From Cyanobacteria bacterium P01_A01_bin.123 (GTDB lineage: Bacteria; Cyanobacteriota; Cyanobacteriia; Phormidesmidales; Phormidesmidaceae): 64,000 bases of DNA. This document shows, piece by piece, positions 41,401 to 50,807 of this stretch. Each line of letters starts with the position of its first letter. The stretch's first letter is position 1. Below the pieces are notes generated by a model. The model had not been told where the DNA came from. It saw nothing but the letters and a program-made list of their open reading frames with translations, and ran no database searches. Position numbers and translations under genes: made by a program. The stretch lies in contig JBCBZT010000004.1 in the NCBI GenBank assembly GCA_039815185.1, positions 128,001 to 192,000 on the forward strand. Reading direction: 5' to 3'.

Positions 41401-42179
41401 ACTAGGTTGCACAGCTTTTGGGTTAAGAAGGGTTGTCCCCTGGTCCACTGCAAGATTTGGGTGAGCACCACTTGGGGATTGGTTACCACTTGTGCCAGAC
41501 CTGGTAGCAAGGGCTGGGCTTCGGCTTCGGTAAACCCTTCCAGCTGAATAGCCCCATCTTTGTTGCCGACATTAAATGGCGTCAGATTGGGGTTGCTGAT
41601 CAAATCAGAAGGGGTGGTGACCCCGAATAGGGCAAAACTCAGACGGCGATATTCGGGATTGTCTGAGCGATTGTTGTAGCAGGCACGAATAAACGCAAAA
41701 AAATCGTCTGAAGAAAACGGCAGGTTGAGAATGCCGTCGATTTCATCGATAAAAATCACGATTGGACAGTCATAAGTGCCGAGCAGTTCCTCAACGATAA
41801 ATAGCTGCAATCGTTGAATCGGGCTGAAGTCGCTGCGATCGCGCCACCATTTTCTAAGGTTAAGCGACAACCCAAAACCACCGACCAAGATCCGTAATAA
41901 GCTGGCATACCACTGCTCTGGAGTAAGATTTTGGCTACCAATTTCACTCAGATCAATCACCCCACAGCGCACCCCTGCAGCTTGCAGTCGAGAGGTGGTT
42001 TGCACCCGCAGCGAAGATTTGCCCATTTGGCGTGAATTAAACACGTAGCACAAATCCCCAGCCAACAATTGCTCGTATAGGCCGTTGTCTGCCTTGCGCT
42101 TAACATAGCTCGGGGCATGCAAGGGCAAACTGCCTCCCACGACCCAAAATTGCTCATCATGAGAGTTATAGTCACTCAT
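38433..42179 (-). CDS. STAND-type AAA_35 ATPase with TM and WD40 repeats
   Basis: VGGSL, Walker A SRQMGKSS, Walker B IFIDEID, WTRGQPFLTQKLC, TM segment, about 14 GH..WD repeats. Confidence 0.93.
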   Translation of the reverse strand: MSDYNSHDEQFWVVGGSLPLHAPSYVKRKADNGLYEQLLAGDLCYVFNSRQMGKSSLRVQTTSRLQAAGVRCGVIDLSEIGSQNLTPEQWYASLLRILVGGFGLSLNLRKWWRDRSDFSPIQRLQLFIVEELLGTYDCPIVIFIDEIDGILNLPFSSDDFFAFIRACYNNRSDNPEYRRLSFALFGVTTPSDLISNPNLTPFNVGNKDGAIQLEGFTEAEAQPLLPGLAQVVTNPQVVLTQILQWTRGQPFLTQKLCNLVYKTARAQSPRRTTLSPQDVHNIVRKHVINNWEAQDIPEHLRTIRDRLLLHNEQHSGQILGLYKRLLLEEGLPADNVIATWPGQVSLQLSGLVTRRYGQLRVRNRIYQAVFNLDWVDEQLAKLRPYGRELNKWINAGKPDNAYLLRDSALERAQIWADNHNISEEDYQFLAASRDLESKIRERLLEAERILAVEAQLVAEKKSAKRQQFLLAAVSVGLLVACGLGLFAHRQYRQAVASQLRSTEREIEAIAAIADTRFSSKQTLDALVEAIRAHRRLEELEQLSTHLRQPSTVPNALRNQVLSTLQRTLFGVVEFNRLSEGNTPDPVFGVAYSPDGTQLATASKDGTIRLWQDNGKPLATLTGHVSPVRDVAFSPNGQQLASVSEDGILNFWNLGGNPDRKRRDTVLGDTVLPLNEVLYSADGNWVATVSDDGLLQLWRSSDGTQIRSIQAHSGAIYGLAISPDDRLIATGGEDNTVKLWDRNGNLEDTLTSTEDTDGHSGPVETVAFSPDGITLISGSSDNTLKQWRVRNGRLLNTFRSHTAAIHSVAFSPDGQTLVSTSADTTVKLWANDGTVLTTFSGHNAPVWDVAFSTQGQQLATASQDGTVRLWRPRNDLLNPLNGHGAAVNSVDFSPSGAKLVTASDDSTAKLWRQRDGALLQTFTGHTGRVSQAVFSPDGGQIATVGEDKTIKLWRVMDGRLLRTLPADTNSSSAHSELITSVTFSPDGRLIASASTDNSVRIWRLSDGRLVEDFRGYEKQINQIVFNPDGKTIAVLGNKSIPRLLTLDGIVEQEFSGHQAQVNDIAFGPDGAWIVTASEDGSAIVWNPDGTRQLPPLTYGSASQTSVNLSSEDSTLERQALEQFEQEVGGQQSQEAAVGVNAIAISPNSRYLATANQDNTIRIWQRSDGQLLDTLRGHEGSVIDVAFSPDGDYLASTGQDRKVLLWNLERALNEERLLAYACDWVQDYLSYGVQQQQDNRVLCSPGTEDN

Positions 42180-42241
42180 GGGCTTAATAGTTGCCTTTTT
42201 TATCAACGTTTAAACAATTCTGAAACATCCCAAGATTAAGG

Positions 42242-43390
42242 TCATCGTTTAGCCATTTGTTGATCCACCCAAATTTTGTCAAAGACGGCTTGATAAATGC
42301 GATTGCGCACTTGAAGTTGACCTCTGTGCCTGATTACCAGTCCTGACAGTTGCAGGCTGACTTGCCCTGGCCAGCTATCTAGCCAATCGCCAACTGGTAG
42401 GCTTTTCTTAATCAGTAAGTGCTTGTATAGGCAGAGGATTTGCCCGACTTGTTGCTCGTTATGCAGTAAGCGGTCGCGAATGGTGCGTAAATGCTCTGGG
42501 ATATCTTGAGCTTCCCAATTGCTGATTACCCGTTTGCTCACTATTTGTTGTATATCTTTGGGCGACAGGGCTGCTTTTTGACGAAATCTTACCTGTACAG
42601 TTCTACAGACAAGGGCACAAAGCTTTTGAGTTAGAAACGGTTGTCCCCCAGTCCATTGTAAGATTTGGTTGAGAACAACTTCAGGATTGTTCACTATTTT
42701 TGCTAGTTCAGGGATCAAAGGTTGAGCTTCTTTGGGTGTAAAACCTTCGAGCTTAATGGTTCCATCCTTATTATCCGAGATAAACGGCTTCAGGTTAGGA
42801 TTACTGATCAAATCAGAGGGAGTTGCAACGCCAAATAGGGCAAAACTCAAGCGACGATAAACTGGATTGTCGTCTGAGCAATTTTTACCGCAGGCGCGAA
42901 TGAAGTCAAACAGATCGTCAACAGAAAATGACAGATTGAGAATGCAGTTGACTTCATCGATAAAAATCACGATTGGCTCTTCACACCTATCCAGCAACTC
43001 CTCAAAGATAAACAGCCGCAGTCGTTGAATCGGACTAAGTTCGCGATGATCACGCCACCATTTTCTATGGTTGGGGAATAGCCCAAAGCTGCCAACTAAA
43101 CTTCGCAATAAATCGGCATACCACTGGTCTGGGGTAGCATTTTGACTACTCATTTCACTCAGATCAATGACCCCGCAGCGCACCCCCGCAGCTTGCAGCC
43201 GACGGGTAGTTTGTACCCGCAGCGAAGATTTGCCCATTTGGCGTGAATTGAACACACAACACAGATTGCCAGCTAGCAACTGCTGGTACAAAGCTGTGTC
43301 TGCTTGACGTTGAATGTAGCTCGGCGCATTAGGAGGCAAACTGCCTCCCACGACCCAAAATTGCTCATCATGGAAACTATCGTTGCCCAT
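42242..43390 (-). CDS. AAA_35 ATPase domain-only protein (duplicate of the downstream gene's N-terminus)
   Basis: Long near-identical stretches with 38433-42179; ends at WVDQQMAKR. Confidence 0.88.
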   Translation of the reverse strand: MGNDSFHDEQFWVVGGSLPPNAPSYIQRQADTALYQQLLAGNLCCVFNSRQMGKSSLRVQTTRRLQAAGVRCGVIDLSEMSSQNATPDQWYADLLRSLVGSFGLFPNHRKWWRDHRELSPIQRLRLFIFEELLDRCEEPIVIFIDEVNCILNLSFSVDDLFDFIRACGKNCSDDNPVYRRLSFALFGVATPSDLISNPNLKPFISDNKDGTIKLEGFTPKEAQPLIPELAKIVNNPEVVLNQILQWTGGQPFLTQKLCALVCRTVQVRFRQKAALSPKDIQQIVSKRVISNWEAQDIPEHLRTIRDRLLHNEQQVGQILCLYKHLLIKKSLPVGDWLDSWPGQVSLQLSGLVIRHRGQLQVRNRIYQAVFDKIWVDQQMAKR

Positions 43391-43399
43391 AGGCTTGAT

Positions 43400-44767
43400 T
43401 TAAGAAGCAACAGGGGTCAGGCGATCGCGAAAATAATCACGGTAGAGCTGGCAACTAGGGGTGACCCCAGCATCAGTCAATCGAGTCAAACCTAAACTTT
43501 CGAGTTCAAACGCAAGCCGTTGATCGAGGTCAATGGGGTTAGAAGATCGCACCACTTGTCCATAGGCATCGGCCAACTTTGGGTACTGTTGCAAGTGCCG
43601 CCATCGCCGTTGTAAGTCATGTTGATAAATGCCATTGTCCGTCGGGGCACTGTTCAGCAACGACGCTAGGGTTTGGTTCCCCTGAGCGAGATGATAAAGC
43701 GCCAACCGCACTAAATAGGGGTAGCCCCCAACCATTGTCATTAGGGCATTAACGGCAGCGGTTTCAGTTTCGTTGCTCCAGGTTAATCCATGGCGCTGGG
43801 CCAAAATCTGAACTTGATCGTGGGTAAATTCGGGGAGTTCTACTGAGAATCCCACATTGAATGGAGAACGATGGACGTTTAAAGGAATGTAAACTTCGGT
43901 TGAATGCACAACCACAATCCTCAACCGTTGCCAGATGCTGCTATTACTAACGCCGTACTTGGCTTTCTCATACCAAGCCCGCAGCAACCCTAAAAAATCA
44001 AAAGCTAGCTCCGGATACTTAAAAATTTCATCCACTTCATCGATAGCAAGCACCAATGGCCCGTTCAGGGAAGGCAAAATGTGGTGTTCGAAATAATCGG
44101 TACAGTTGCCATTGCTGCCAAACACGTCATCCCAATACTCTTCAAGTTTGTTGTCTAATCCTAGGTCGCGGGTGACCGTGGCACAAAACCAAGTCAAAAA
44201 CCGATCGAGATCTTTCAAAATGCCCAAATCAGCCTGCTGCAGGCTAAGGGCGACCGTTTGATAATTTTGCTGATGGGCCTGATATAAAATTCGTGCCATC
44301 AGAGAAGTTTTCCCCATTTGGCGGGGTGCTTTAATGCGAATGAGCTGCCCAGGTTGCTGGATATGCCTATAGCATTGGTTTTCAATAAAGAGCGGCTCCT
44401 CGGTTTCGGGATTGATCATTTCGGAGGAGAGACGCTCAATGTAAAACGGAGACTCTAGGGGCACCTGCCCCGTGGGAAACTCAAGCCCGATAGAGGCCTT
44501 AGGTAGGCTGCCATGATGGCGCTGATAATCTCTCAAGGCAGCCTGAAAATTGTTTTTGGTGATTTTTTCTTCCAAAGCTTCGGAAAGCTGCTGCCAGAGC
44601 TGAGAGCCTGCGGTGCGAATGTAGTCATGGGCATAGCCCGCACTCTCGGCGATCGCTTGGTAGGTCTGACCCTCCCAACAAGCCCTAAAGACTAGATCTT
44701 GCACTGTGCTCATACGATGAGGCTTGAGTAACTCATCCACCAATTGCAGGGCTTCTTCGAGGGTCAT
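43400..44767 (-). CDS. N-terminal HTH plus AAA_35 ATPase
   Basis: WEGQTYQAIAESAGY..LWQQLS HTH-like region; APRQMGKTS, LAIDEVD, SPFNVG, GGYPYLV. Confidence 0.9.
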   Translation of the reverse strand: MTLEEALQLVDELLKPHRMSTVQDLVFRACWEGQTYQAIAESAGYAHDYIRTAGSQLWQQLSEALEEKITKNNFQAALRDYQRHHGSLPKASIGLEFPTGQVPLESPFYIERLSSEMINPETEEPLFIENQCYRHIQQPGQLIRIKAPRQMGKTSLMARILYQAHQQNYQTVALSLQQADLGILKDLDRFLTWFCATVTRDLGLDNKLEEYWDDVFGSNGNCTDYFEHHILPSLNGPLVLAIDEVDEIFKYPELAFDFLGLLRAWYEKAKYGVSNSSIWQRLRIVVVHSTEVYIPLNVHRSPFNVGFSVELPEFTHDQVQILAQRHGLTWSNETETAAVNALMTMVGGYPYLVRLALYHLAQGNQTLASLLNSAPTDNGIYQHDLQRRWRHLQQYPKLADAYGQVVRSSNPIDLDQRLAFELESLGLTRLTDAGVTPSCQLYRDYFRDRLTPVAS

Positions 44768-45642
44768 AGCAATGAAAGTATTACAGGGTAAGACAACCAA
44801 AGTGCTAAGGCGAGAGACGATAGTTGTTGGCACAGCTGCCCCAGAGAGTCCAGACTACCCCTAAAAGGCTACTACAAGACTAACGGACATCCCCTAGCAC
44901 CAAAAGTTTAGTCGTAATTGACAGCAGATTCATCGTGACGATTGGATAAAGCGCAGGGAAAATCAGACACAGCTAACCCCATAGCCTATAGAAGGTCAAT
45001 CTGAGCTGCAGGTTCCCACAGTATCTGGAAATGTCGCCGCTGCTTTGATCCTCTTCATTACTACGAAACCCCATAAAACCATCAGGACTGATCTGGCTCC
45101 TTTTTCTCACAGACTATTAATCCCTCTGCCTCGTAGGGTAGCAATGGCACAAATATAAACGTTCCATGAAGTAAATCATTGAGATCTGCTTCCCCGTGTG
45201 TCGGCGTGCACTACCCATCTATCGTCACGATCGCCAACGCTCTCCTTACCTTCAGGAACTTTGCCCAGGGCTAATACTTGTCCTTGAGCTATGCACCAAA
45301 ATCTTTGCCTCTGCTCTAACTTGATCATCTCATTCATGGTTTAGCTTAACCCTCTTCAACCAAGGGTTTCTAGGGGCTGGACTCAATTCTAGTTAATACC
45401 GATTAAGGCTTCAACAGTTGCCCACTGTGCAGCCCATATTGTTATGCCATTTAACTGGTCGTTTGCCGTCTATCGAAAGCAGATCAAGCGGTAGAAACTG
45501 CCACAGTTTCAGCACTTCTAGCACAGGTTTTAGCACTCACGAATGACGGTTGCCAGAAAATCGACTGCTGTTCTTGAGATTCAGCATGTCTGCTAGCTGT
45601 CAGCTAATCAAAAGCAACAATCACCCAAATGGTAAAACAGCC

Positions 45643-47916
45643 ATGAATACAAATACTCGCTCATACTACGTCTCTCCAAGCGGCAACAACAATAATCCAG
45701 GAACAAAAAATCAACCTTGGAAAGACATTGGATATGCGACTGGTCAAACATCTCCTGTACAGGCAGGTGATACGATTTTAGTCCAGTCAGGAACCTACAG
45801 AGAAACCATTACCCTAGGCAAATCAGGTAACAGTCAACAAGGGCACATCACTTTGAAGGCAGCTGGAAACGTTACCCTCCGAGACCCCAACCCTAATAAG
45901 GGCGGTTTTTTTGAAGGGGTTATTCAATCTGCTGAAAAAGGCTATTGGATCATTGATGGTTTCCGCATTGAAAATACATCTTGGGCCGGAATTGCGTTAC
46001 GGGATGCCAACAACATGGTTGTGCAAAACAACCACACCTATGAAACAGGCGCATCAGGTATTATCGTCATGCCTGAACGATACTTCAAGGGTGGCGATGC
46101 AGAAGTAACCAGCTCAGATATCAAAGTCCTTAACAATACGGTAGAGCGCGCCAACTGGAAGTGGAAGACACCAAAGGATCAGGGTTCTCCCCAAGAAGCC
46201 TTAACAATTTGGGGGGTTGATGGGTTCGAAGTTGCTGGCAATCTTGTCAAAGACACGACGAAGGAAGGAATCGATATCAAAACCGGCTCTCGTAACGGTT
46301 CAGTCCACGATAATACAGTGACGGGAACTGCATTGATTTCTGGAACTCCCGCGGCTTATCAAGGAGGGCCTGCCATCTATGTGGACGGTAACAGAGCAGA
46401 TACCTTCAATATAGCTATCCACAACAACACCGTTTACAACAACACAGCAGACGGCATTGTCATCGCGGATGAGGATATTAAGCGTGGTAACGTCTCCGAT
46501 ATCCGTATTTATAACAATGTCGTTTATGACAATGGTCAGCTTGGCATTAATGGAGGCGTTGGCATTGGAGTCTCCAATAATACCGAAGGGGTTGAAATCG
46601 TAAACAACACCCTATCAGGCAATGTTCAGGCCTTTAGAATTGGTGGTAAATCTTCCTCAAAAACGATCAAGGTTGAGGACATCTTAGTACGCAATAATAT
46701 TTTTGCGGATAGTGAGTTTCGCAATGGTTATGTTGGTAATGCCAAAGACATTACTATTGACAATAACTTGTTCACGGATGGGTTTGACAAGCTATATCAG
46801 CAAGAGGCTGTGCAAGACCTTCGTGGCTGGCAAAATGATACGATTTCCTCGGTTGGTTTCGTTGATGCAAAGAAGAAAAACTTTCGTCTGAACAAGTCAT
46901 CCGCAGCGATAGACAGTGGGTCCAATCAGATTCGCAACTATGCTCAAAATGATTTGAGCGGCGTCAAACGTCCCAGTAGCAACAGAGTGGATCAAGGGGC
47001 CTATGAGTTTTTGCAGCAGCGCTCTGGTGTGGCTCCATCTGTATCGACACCCAGTCCGGATCGCGTCGCAACGCCACCTCTTAGCCCTGATGGAAATGCC
47101 ATTGGTGAGTATGGCAACATCAATCTCAATCAAAAATGGCAAACGGTTTCTCTCGATGATGCCTACATTAATCCGGTTGTGATTGTCTCTGACCCTACCC
47201 TCAAAGGGTCAGATCCGGCTACCATTCGCCTCCGCAATGTTACCCAAAATACCTTCCAAATTAGCCTCCAAGAACCCAACTACAAAGACGGCACACACAC
47301 CAATGAGTCGGTTTCTTATCTGGTTGTGGAGGCTGGAGATTGGGAGCTGACGGATGGCACTCGCATCTCGGCGGGCATACAAAACTCCACTCGTCTAACT
47401 CCCCAGGGCTTTAACAAGGTTGACTTAACGGGTTTTGAGTCTGCCCCCACAGTATTGTCTCAGGTGCAAACGTTTAACGGAGGGGATTGGGTCACTACCC
47501 GCACCACGGGGCAGACTTCAAGCGGCTTTAAGCTTGCCATGCAGGAGGAAGAGGCTCTAAATCAGGGGAGTCATGCCCAAGAAGCCATCGGCTGGTTGGC
47601 AGTTGATCAGGGAACTGCCTCTGATGGCGATACCCTGTTGCAAGGGGGGACTACCAGCCGCAGTCACAATCATAATCGATCAAAGGTTAGCTTTAAGGCA
47701 GACTTTGACGCGGCCCCATCGCTGATTGCTAAGCTGGGCTCCTTCCATGGTTCAGACACGGCTAACCTGCGGCTTGATGCTATCACGAGCAATAGCTTTG
47801 GGGTCGGCGTTCACGAAGAGCAGTCCCTCGACGGTGAACTCAATCACACTAATGAATCGGTCTCTTTCTTGGCACTGGAGGGGCAGTCGGGAAGCTTGAC
47901 CGGGCTAAGCGTCTAA
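45643..47916 (+). CDS. Right-handed beta-helix (pectin-lyase-like) protein with C-terminal lectin-like repeats
   Basis: YYVSPSGNNNNPGT..PW, PbH1 repeats, DQGAYE, then three repeats ending H..E.(V/I)(S/G).L. Confidence 0.85.
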   Translation: MNTNTRSYYVSPSGNNNNPGTKNQPWKDIGYATGQTSPVQAGDTILVQSGTYRETITLGKSGNSQQGHITLKAAGNVTLRDPNPNKGGFFEGVIQSAEKGYWIIDGFRIENTSWAGIALRDANNMVVQNNHTYETGASGIIVMPERYFKGGDAEVTSSDIKVLNNTVERANWKWKTPKDQGSPQEALTIWGVDGFEVAGNLVKDTTKEGIDIKTGSRNGSVHDNTVTGTALISGTPAAYQGGPAIYVDGNRADTFNIAIHNNTVYNNTADGIVIADEDIKRGNVSDIRIYNNVVYDNGQLGINGGVGIGVSNNTEGVEIVNNTLSGNVQAFRIGGKSSSKTIKVEDILVRNNIFADSEFRNGYVGNAKDITIDNNLFTDGFDKLYQQEAVQDLRGWQNDTISSVGFVDAKKKNFRLNKSSAAIDSGSNQIRNYAQNDLSGVKRPSSNRVDQGAYEFLQQRSGVAPSVSTPSPDRVATPPLSPDGNAIGEYGNINLNQKWQTVSLDDAYINPVVIVSDPTLKGSDPATIRLRNVTQNTFQISLQEPNYKDGTHTNESVSYLVVEAGDWELTDGTRISAGIQNSTRLTPQGFNKVDLTGFESAPTVLSQVQTFNGGDWVTTRTTGQTSSGFKLAMQEEEALNQGSHAQEAIGWLAVDQGTASDGDTLLQGGTTSRSHNHNRSKVSFKADFDAAPSLIAKLGSFHGSDTANLRLDAITSNSFGVGVHEEQSLDGELNHTNESVSFLALEGQSGSLTGLSV

Positions 47917-48000
47917 ATCCTAAAAACAGAAGACGAATTTGTCACCATAAAATGGCCTCAGGATTTTTGAGGATAGGGCAAATTGGGCCATAGGCATTGC

Positions 48001-49761
48001 TCACAGCACGCTTTGAGGCTGGGGGCTTTGTCTATGGGATTGAATCATGGGGTTAGGCAAATTGAGGGCCCAACGACTGGCAATCGGCATACGCCACCCC
48101 AGGCCAAAGGCACGGTCGGTGACCTTCAACACAGGCGGCGCTTGACGGCGTTTGAACTCAGCCCGTGATAGTAGACCAATGACCCGGTCAACGACAGGTC
48201 GATCATGACCTGCGCTGACAATGTCAGTAGCAGACTCATGGCGTTGAATTAGGCGGTAGAGGATGTCGTCAAGCATTTCGTAGGAGGGGAGCGAGTCGGC
48301 GTCTTTTTGATCGGGTTTGAGTTCGGCGCTGGGGGGTTTGGTGAGGATGTGGGGAGGGATTAAGGGAGAGATAGGAGGCGAGAGACGGGAGGAGAGGGAT
48401 GTTAGAGATTGGTTGAGCCAGTGACAGATGGCGTAGACGCGGGTTTTGGGGACATCGGCGATAACGGCGAGGCCGCCATTCATGTCGCCGTAGAGGGTGC
48501 AGTAGCCGACGGCCATTTCTGATTTATTGCCGGTGGAGAGCAGCAAGTAGCCAAATTTGTTGGCGATCGCCATTAGCAGGTTTCCCCGAATGCGGGACTG
48601 GATGTTTTCTTCAGCGACGCCAAAGTTGGTGCCTGCAAATAAGGTTTCTAAAGTATGGTCGTAGCTGCCCATGAGGTCGCCGATGGCTAGGGTTTCGGTA
48701 TGGATGCCTAGGTTTTCGGCCAGGGCTAGGGCATCTTGCACGGAGTGGTCAGAGCTATAGGGAGAAGGCATGAGCACGCCGAGCACGTTGTCTGGGCCGA
48801 GGGCGGCAGCGGCGATCGCGGCCACTAGAGACGAATCAATGCCGCCGCTGAGGCCTAGCACGGCTTTGGTAAAGCCACATTTTTTAGCGTAGTCGCGGAC
48901 ACCGAGCACTAAGGCAAACCAAATTTCGGCTTCTTCGTTGGGGGGTAAGGGCGCGATGGTGCTGGGTTGAAAGTCTTGCTGATGGTTGTCGTAGTTGAGC
49001 CAGGTGAGGTCGGGGCAGAAGGGACGCGATCGCAGCACGATCTCTCCACTGCGATTCAACGCGACACTGTTGCCATCAAAAATCAAATCGTCGTTGCTGC
49101 CCACCTGATTGGCATAAATGATCGGACAGCGGTAGCGCTGGGCGGCATGGCTAAGCATATTTTCCCGCAAGATTTGTTTGCCGACGTTGAAGGGGGAACC
49201 GGACAGGTTCACCACAAAATCGACGCCCTGCTGGGCTAAGTCGGCAATGGGGTTCGTTTCATACTGGCGTTTGCCCCAAAATTCTTCGTCGTTCCATAGG
49301 TCTTCGCAGATGGTGACGCCGATAGTCACGCCATTAAGTGTGAACACATTCAGCTCATTGCCGGCTTCAAAATAGCGGTCATCGTCAAATACATCGTAGG
49401 TGGGCAGCAACCGTTTGTGAAAGACTTGCCGCACGGTGCCGTTTTGCAGCAGTACAGTGCTGTTGAACAGGGGCTTTTTTCCCTGCTGATCGGCGTTGGG
49501 ATTGGGGGTAGCGATGCCGACGAGGACGGCGAGTTGGGCAGGCAGCGCGATCGCCAGTTGTTTGACTTGGTGTTGCATGGCGGCGATAAAGCCAGGGCGT
49601 AGCAGCAGATCGCGAGGGGAGTAGCCGCAAAGGGAGAGCTCTGGGGTGAGCATTAAATCTGTGCCCTCATTGGCCGCACGGTTCGCCGCTGCTAGAATTT
49701 GGGCGGCATTGCCTTCAAGGTCACCGATGGTGGGATTAAGCTGGGCGATCGCAATTTTCAT
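48001..49761 (-). CDS. nadE: Glutamine-dependent NAD+ synthetase
   Basis: Nitrilase domain (TPELSL, ICEDLW), GLSGGIDS, TGNKSE, PSAEL, EFKRRQ. Confidence 0.96.
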   Translation of the reverse strand: MKIAIAQLNPTIGDLEGNAAQILAAANRAANEGTDLMLTPELSLCGYSPRDLLLRPGFIAAMQHQVKQLAIALPAQLAVLVGIATPNPNADQQGKKPLFNSTVLLQNGTVRQVFHKRLLPTYDVFDDDRYFEAGNELNVFTLNGVTIGVTICEDLWNDEEFWGKRQYETNPIADLAQQGVDFVVNLSGSPFNVGKQILRENMLSHAAQRYRCPIIYANQVGSNDDLIFDGNSVALNRSGEIVLRSRPFCPDLTWLNYDNHQQDFQPSTIAPLPPNEEAEIWFALVLGVRDYAKKCGFTKAVLGLSGGIDSSLVAAIAAAALGPDNVLGVLMPSPYSSDHSVQDALALAENLGIHTETLAIGDLMGSYDHTLETLFAGTNFGVAEENIQSRIRGNLLMAIANKFGYLLLSTGNKSEMAVGYCTLYGDMNGGLAVIADVPKTRVYAICHWLNQSLTSLSSRLSPPISPLIPPHILTKPPSAELKPDQKDADSLPSYEMLDDILYRLIQRHESATDIVSAGHDRPVVDRVIGLLSRAEFKRRQAPPVLKVTDRAFGLGWRMPIASRWALNLPNPMIQSHRQSPQPQSVL

Positions 49762-50054
49762 GGTTTTTGCTGCCAATGGTTAAGTTCTTCGTTAATGAAA
49801 TAGGTGACTAAATCTCGGTACAGTTTTTCGATCACGTCAGCACTAAGCCCTGCGGTTTCAGCCCAAATCCGCCGCTGCTGCAACATGGATTCAAACCGTT
49901 CGGATGCGCGTACGCTGGCCATATCTGTCTTGAACTTTGCTGCTGCTTTGACATAGTCAAATCGTTGGCCTAAAAGGGCAATGATTTGCTGATCGATGTG
50001 ATCAATTTCAGTACGAATGTCCTGAATGTTGGTGCAGTCTTGCGGTGTTTTCAT
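49758..50054 (-). CDS. Isochorismate-pyruvate lyase / AroQ chorismate mutase (PchB-like)
   Basis: MKTPQDC..IRTEIDHID..LGQR..YVKAAAKFK..ER...QRRIWAE..GLS. Confidence 0.85.
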   Translation of the reverse strand: MKTPQDCTNIQDIRTEIDHIDQQIIALLGQRFDYVKAAAKFKTDMASVRASERFESMLQQRRIWAETAGLSADVIEKLYRDLVTYFINEELNHWQQKP

Positions 50055-50060
50055 GGCTGA

Positions 50061-50807
50061 TTAAATAAACACCATGGGTTTGTCTTTACAGGGCTCAAAT
50101 GCCTCTGCATCAAAGCGATATAAGCTAGCCGGACGCCCCGCTCCCCGTGAAGCTTTAACGCCGGTATCTTCTAAAAAACCCAGCTTCAGTAAACGGGCGC
50201 GGAAGTTAGAGTAATCTGAAAATCCATCACCCAAAACTGTCGTGTAAAACTGATACAAATCCCCTAGCGTAAACGTCTCTGGCAACACATCGAACGCAAT
50301 GGGGCTGTATTCCAACTTGTTTTTGAGCCGCTGATAACCGTAGGCCAAAATTTCGTTGTGGTCGAAGGCGAGTTTGGGCACGCGGCTGAGGGGATACCAG
50401 GCAATGCCGCTGACCCCATCGGCAATTAGTTCTGCTTCAGCAAAGCGCACCAAGGCAAAATAGCTGACCGAGAGGTAGCGTACCCCAAAAGCATCTTCGG
50501 CTTCGCGGGGATCACGATCGGGGCCACCAAAGGTATAAAGTTGCTCTAGATAAAGGTTTTTGACTCGAATTTTTTCAGATAACACTCGATAAGCGCCGTC
50601 TTCCAAAGATTCACCCTGCCGCACTAGGGTTCCAGGCAAGCTCCAGTAGCCAATAAAGGGGTCTTCATGGCGCATCACTAGCAACACCAGTAGGCGATTT
50701 TGCTCAATGTCGATTGAGAAAATCACGTTGTCAACGCCCACCTTAAAGTCAGCGAGGGGTGCCTTTACTACCGGGTCGGCAGGGTTTCTCTGGAGTTTGC
50801 CGCGCAT
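50061..50807 (-). CDS. nrtR: Nudix-related transcriptional regulator NrtR
   Basis: WSLPG, LEQLYTFG..RDPR, LAFDH, wHTH ending GRPASLYRF. Confidence 0.92.
   Translation of the reverse strand: MRGKLQRNPADPVVKAPLADFKVGVDNVIFSIDIEQNRLLVLLVMRHEDPFIGYWSLPGTLVRQGESLEDGAYRVLSEKIRVKNLYLEQLYTFGGPDRDPREAEDAFGVRYLSVSYFALVRFAEAELIADGVSGIAWYPLSRVPKLAFDHNEILAYGYQRLKNKLEYSPIAFDVLPETFTLGDLYQFYTTVLGDGFSDYSNFRARLLKLGFLEDTGVKASRGAGRPASLYRFDAEAFEPCKDKPMVFI

Noticed and set aside
45176..45337. 53-codon minus-strand ORF (MNEMIKLEQRQRFW...) in the long intergenic region
   Set aside because: No recognisable motif or signal; consistent with chance
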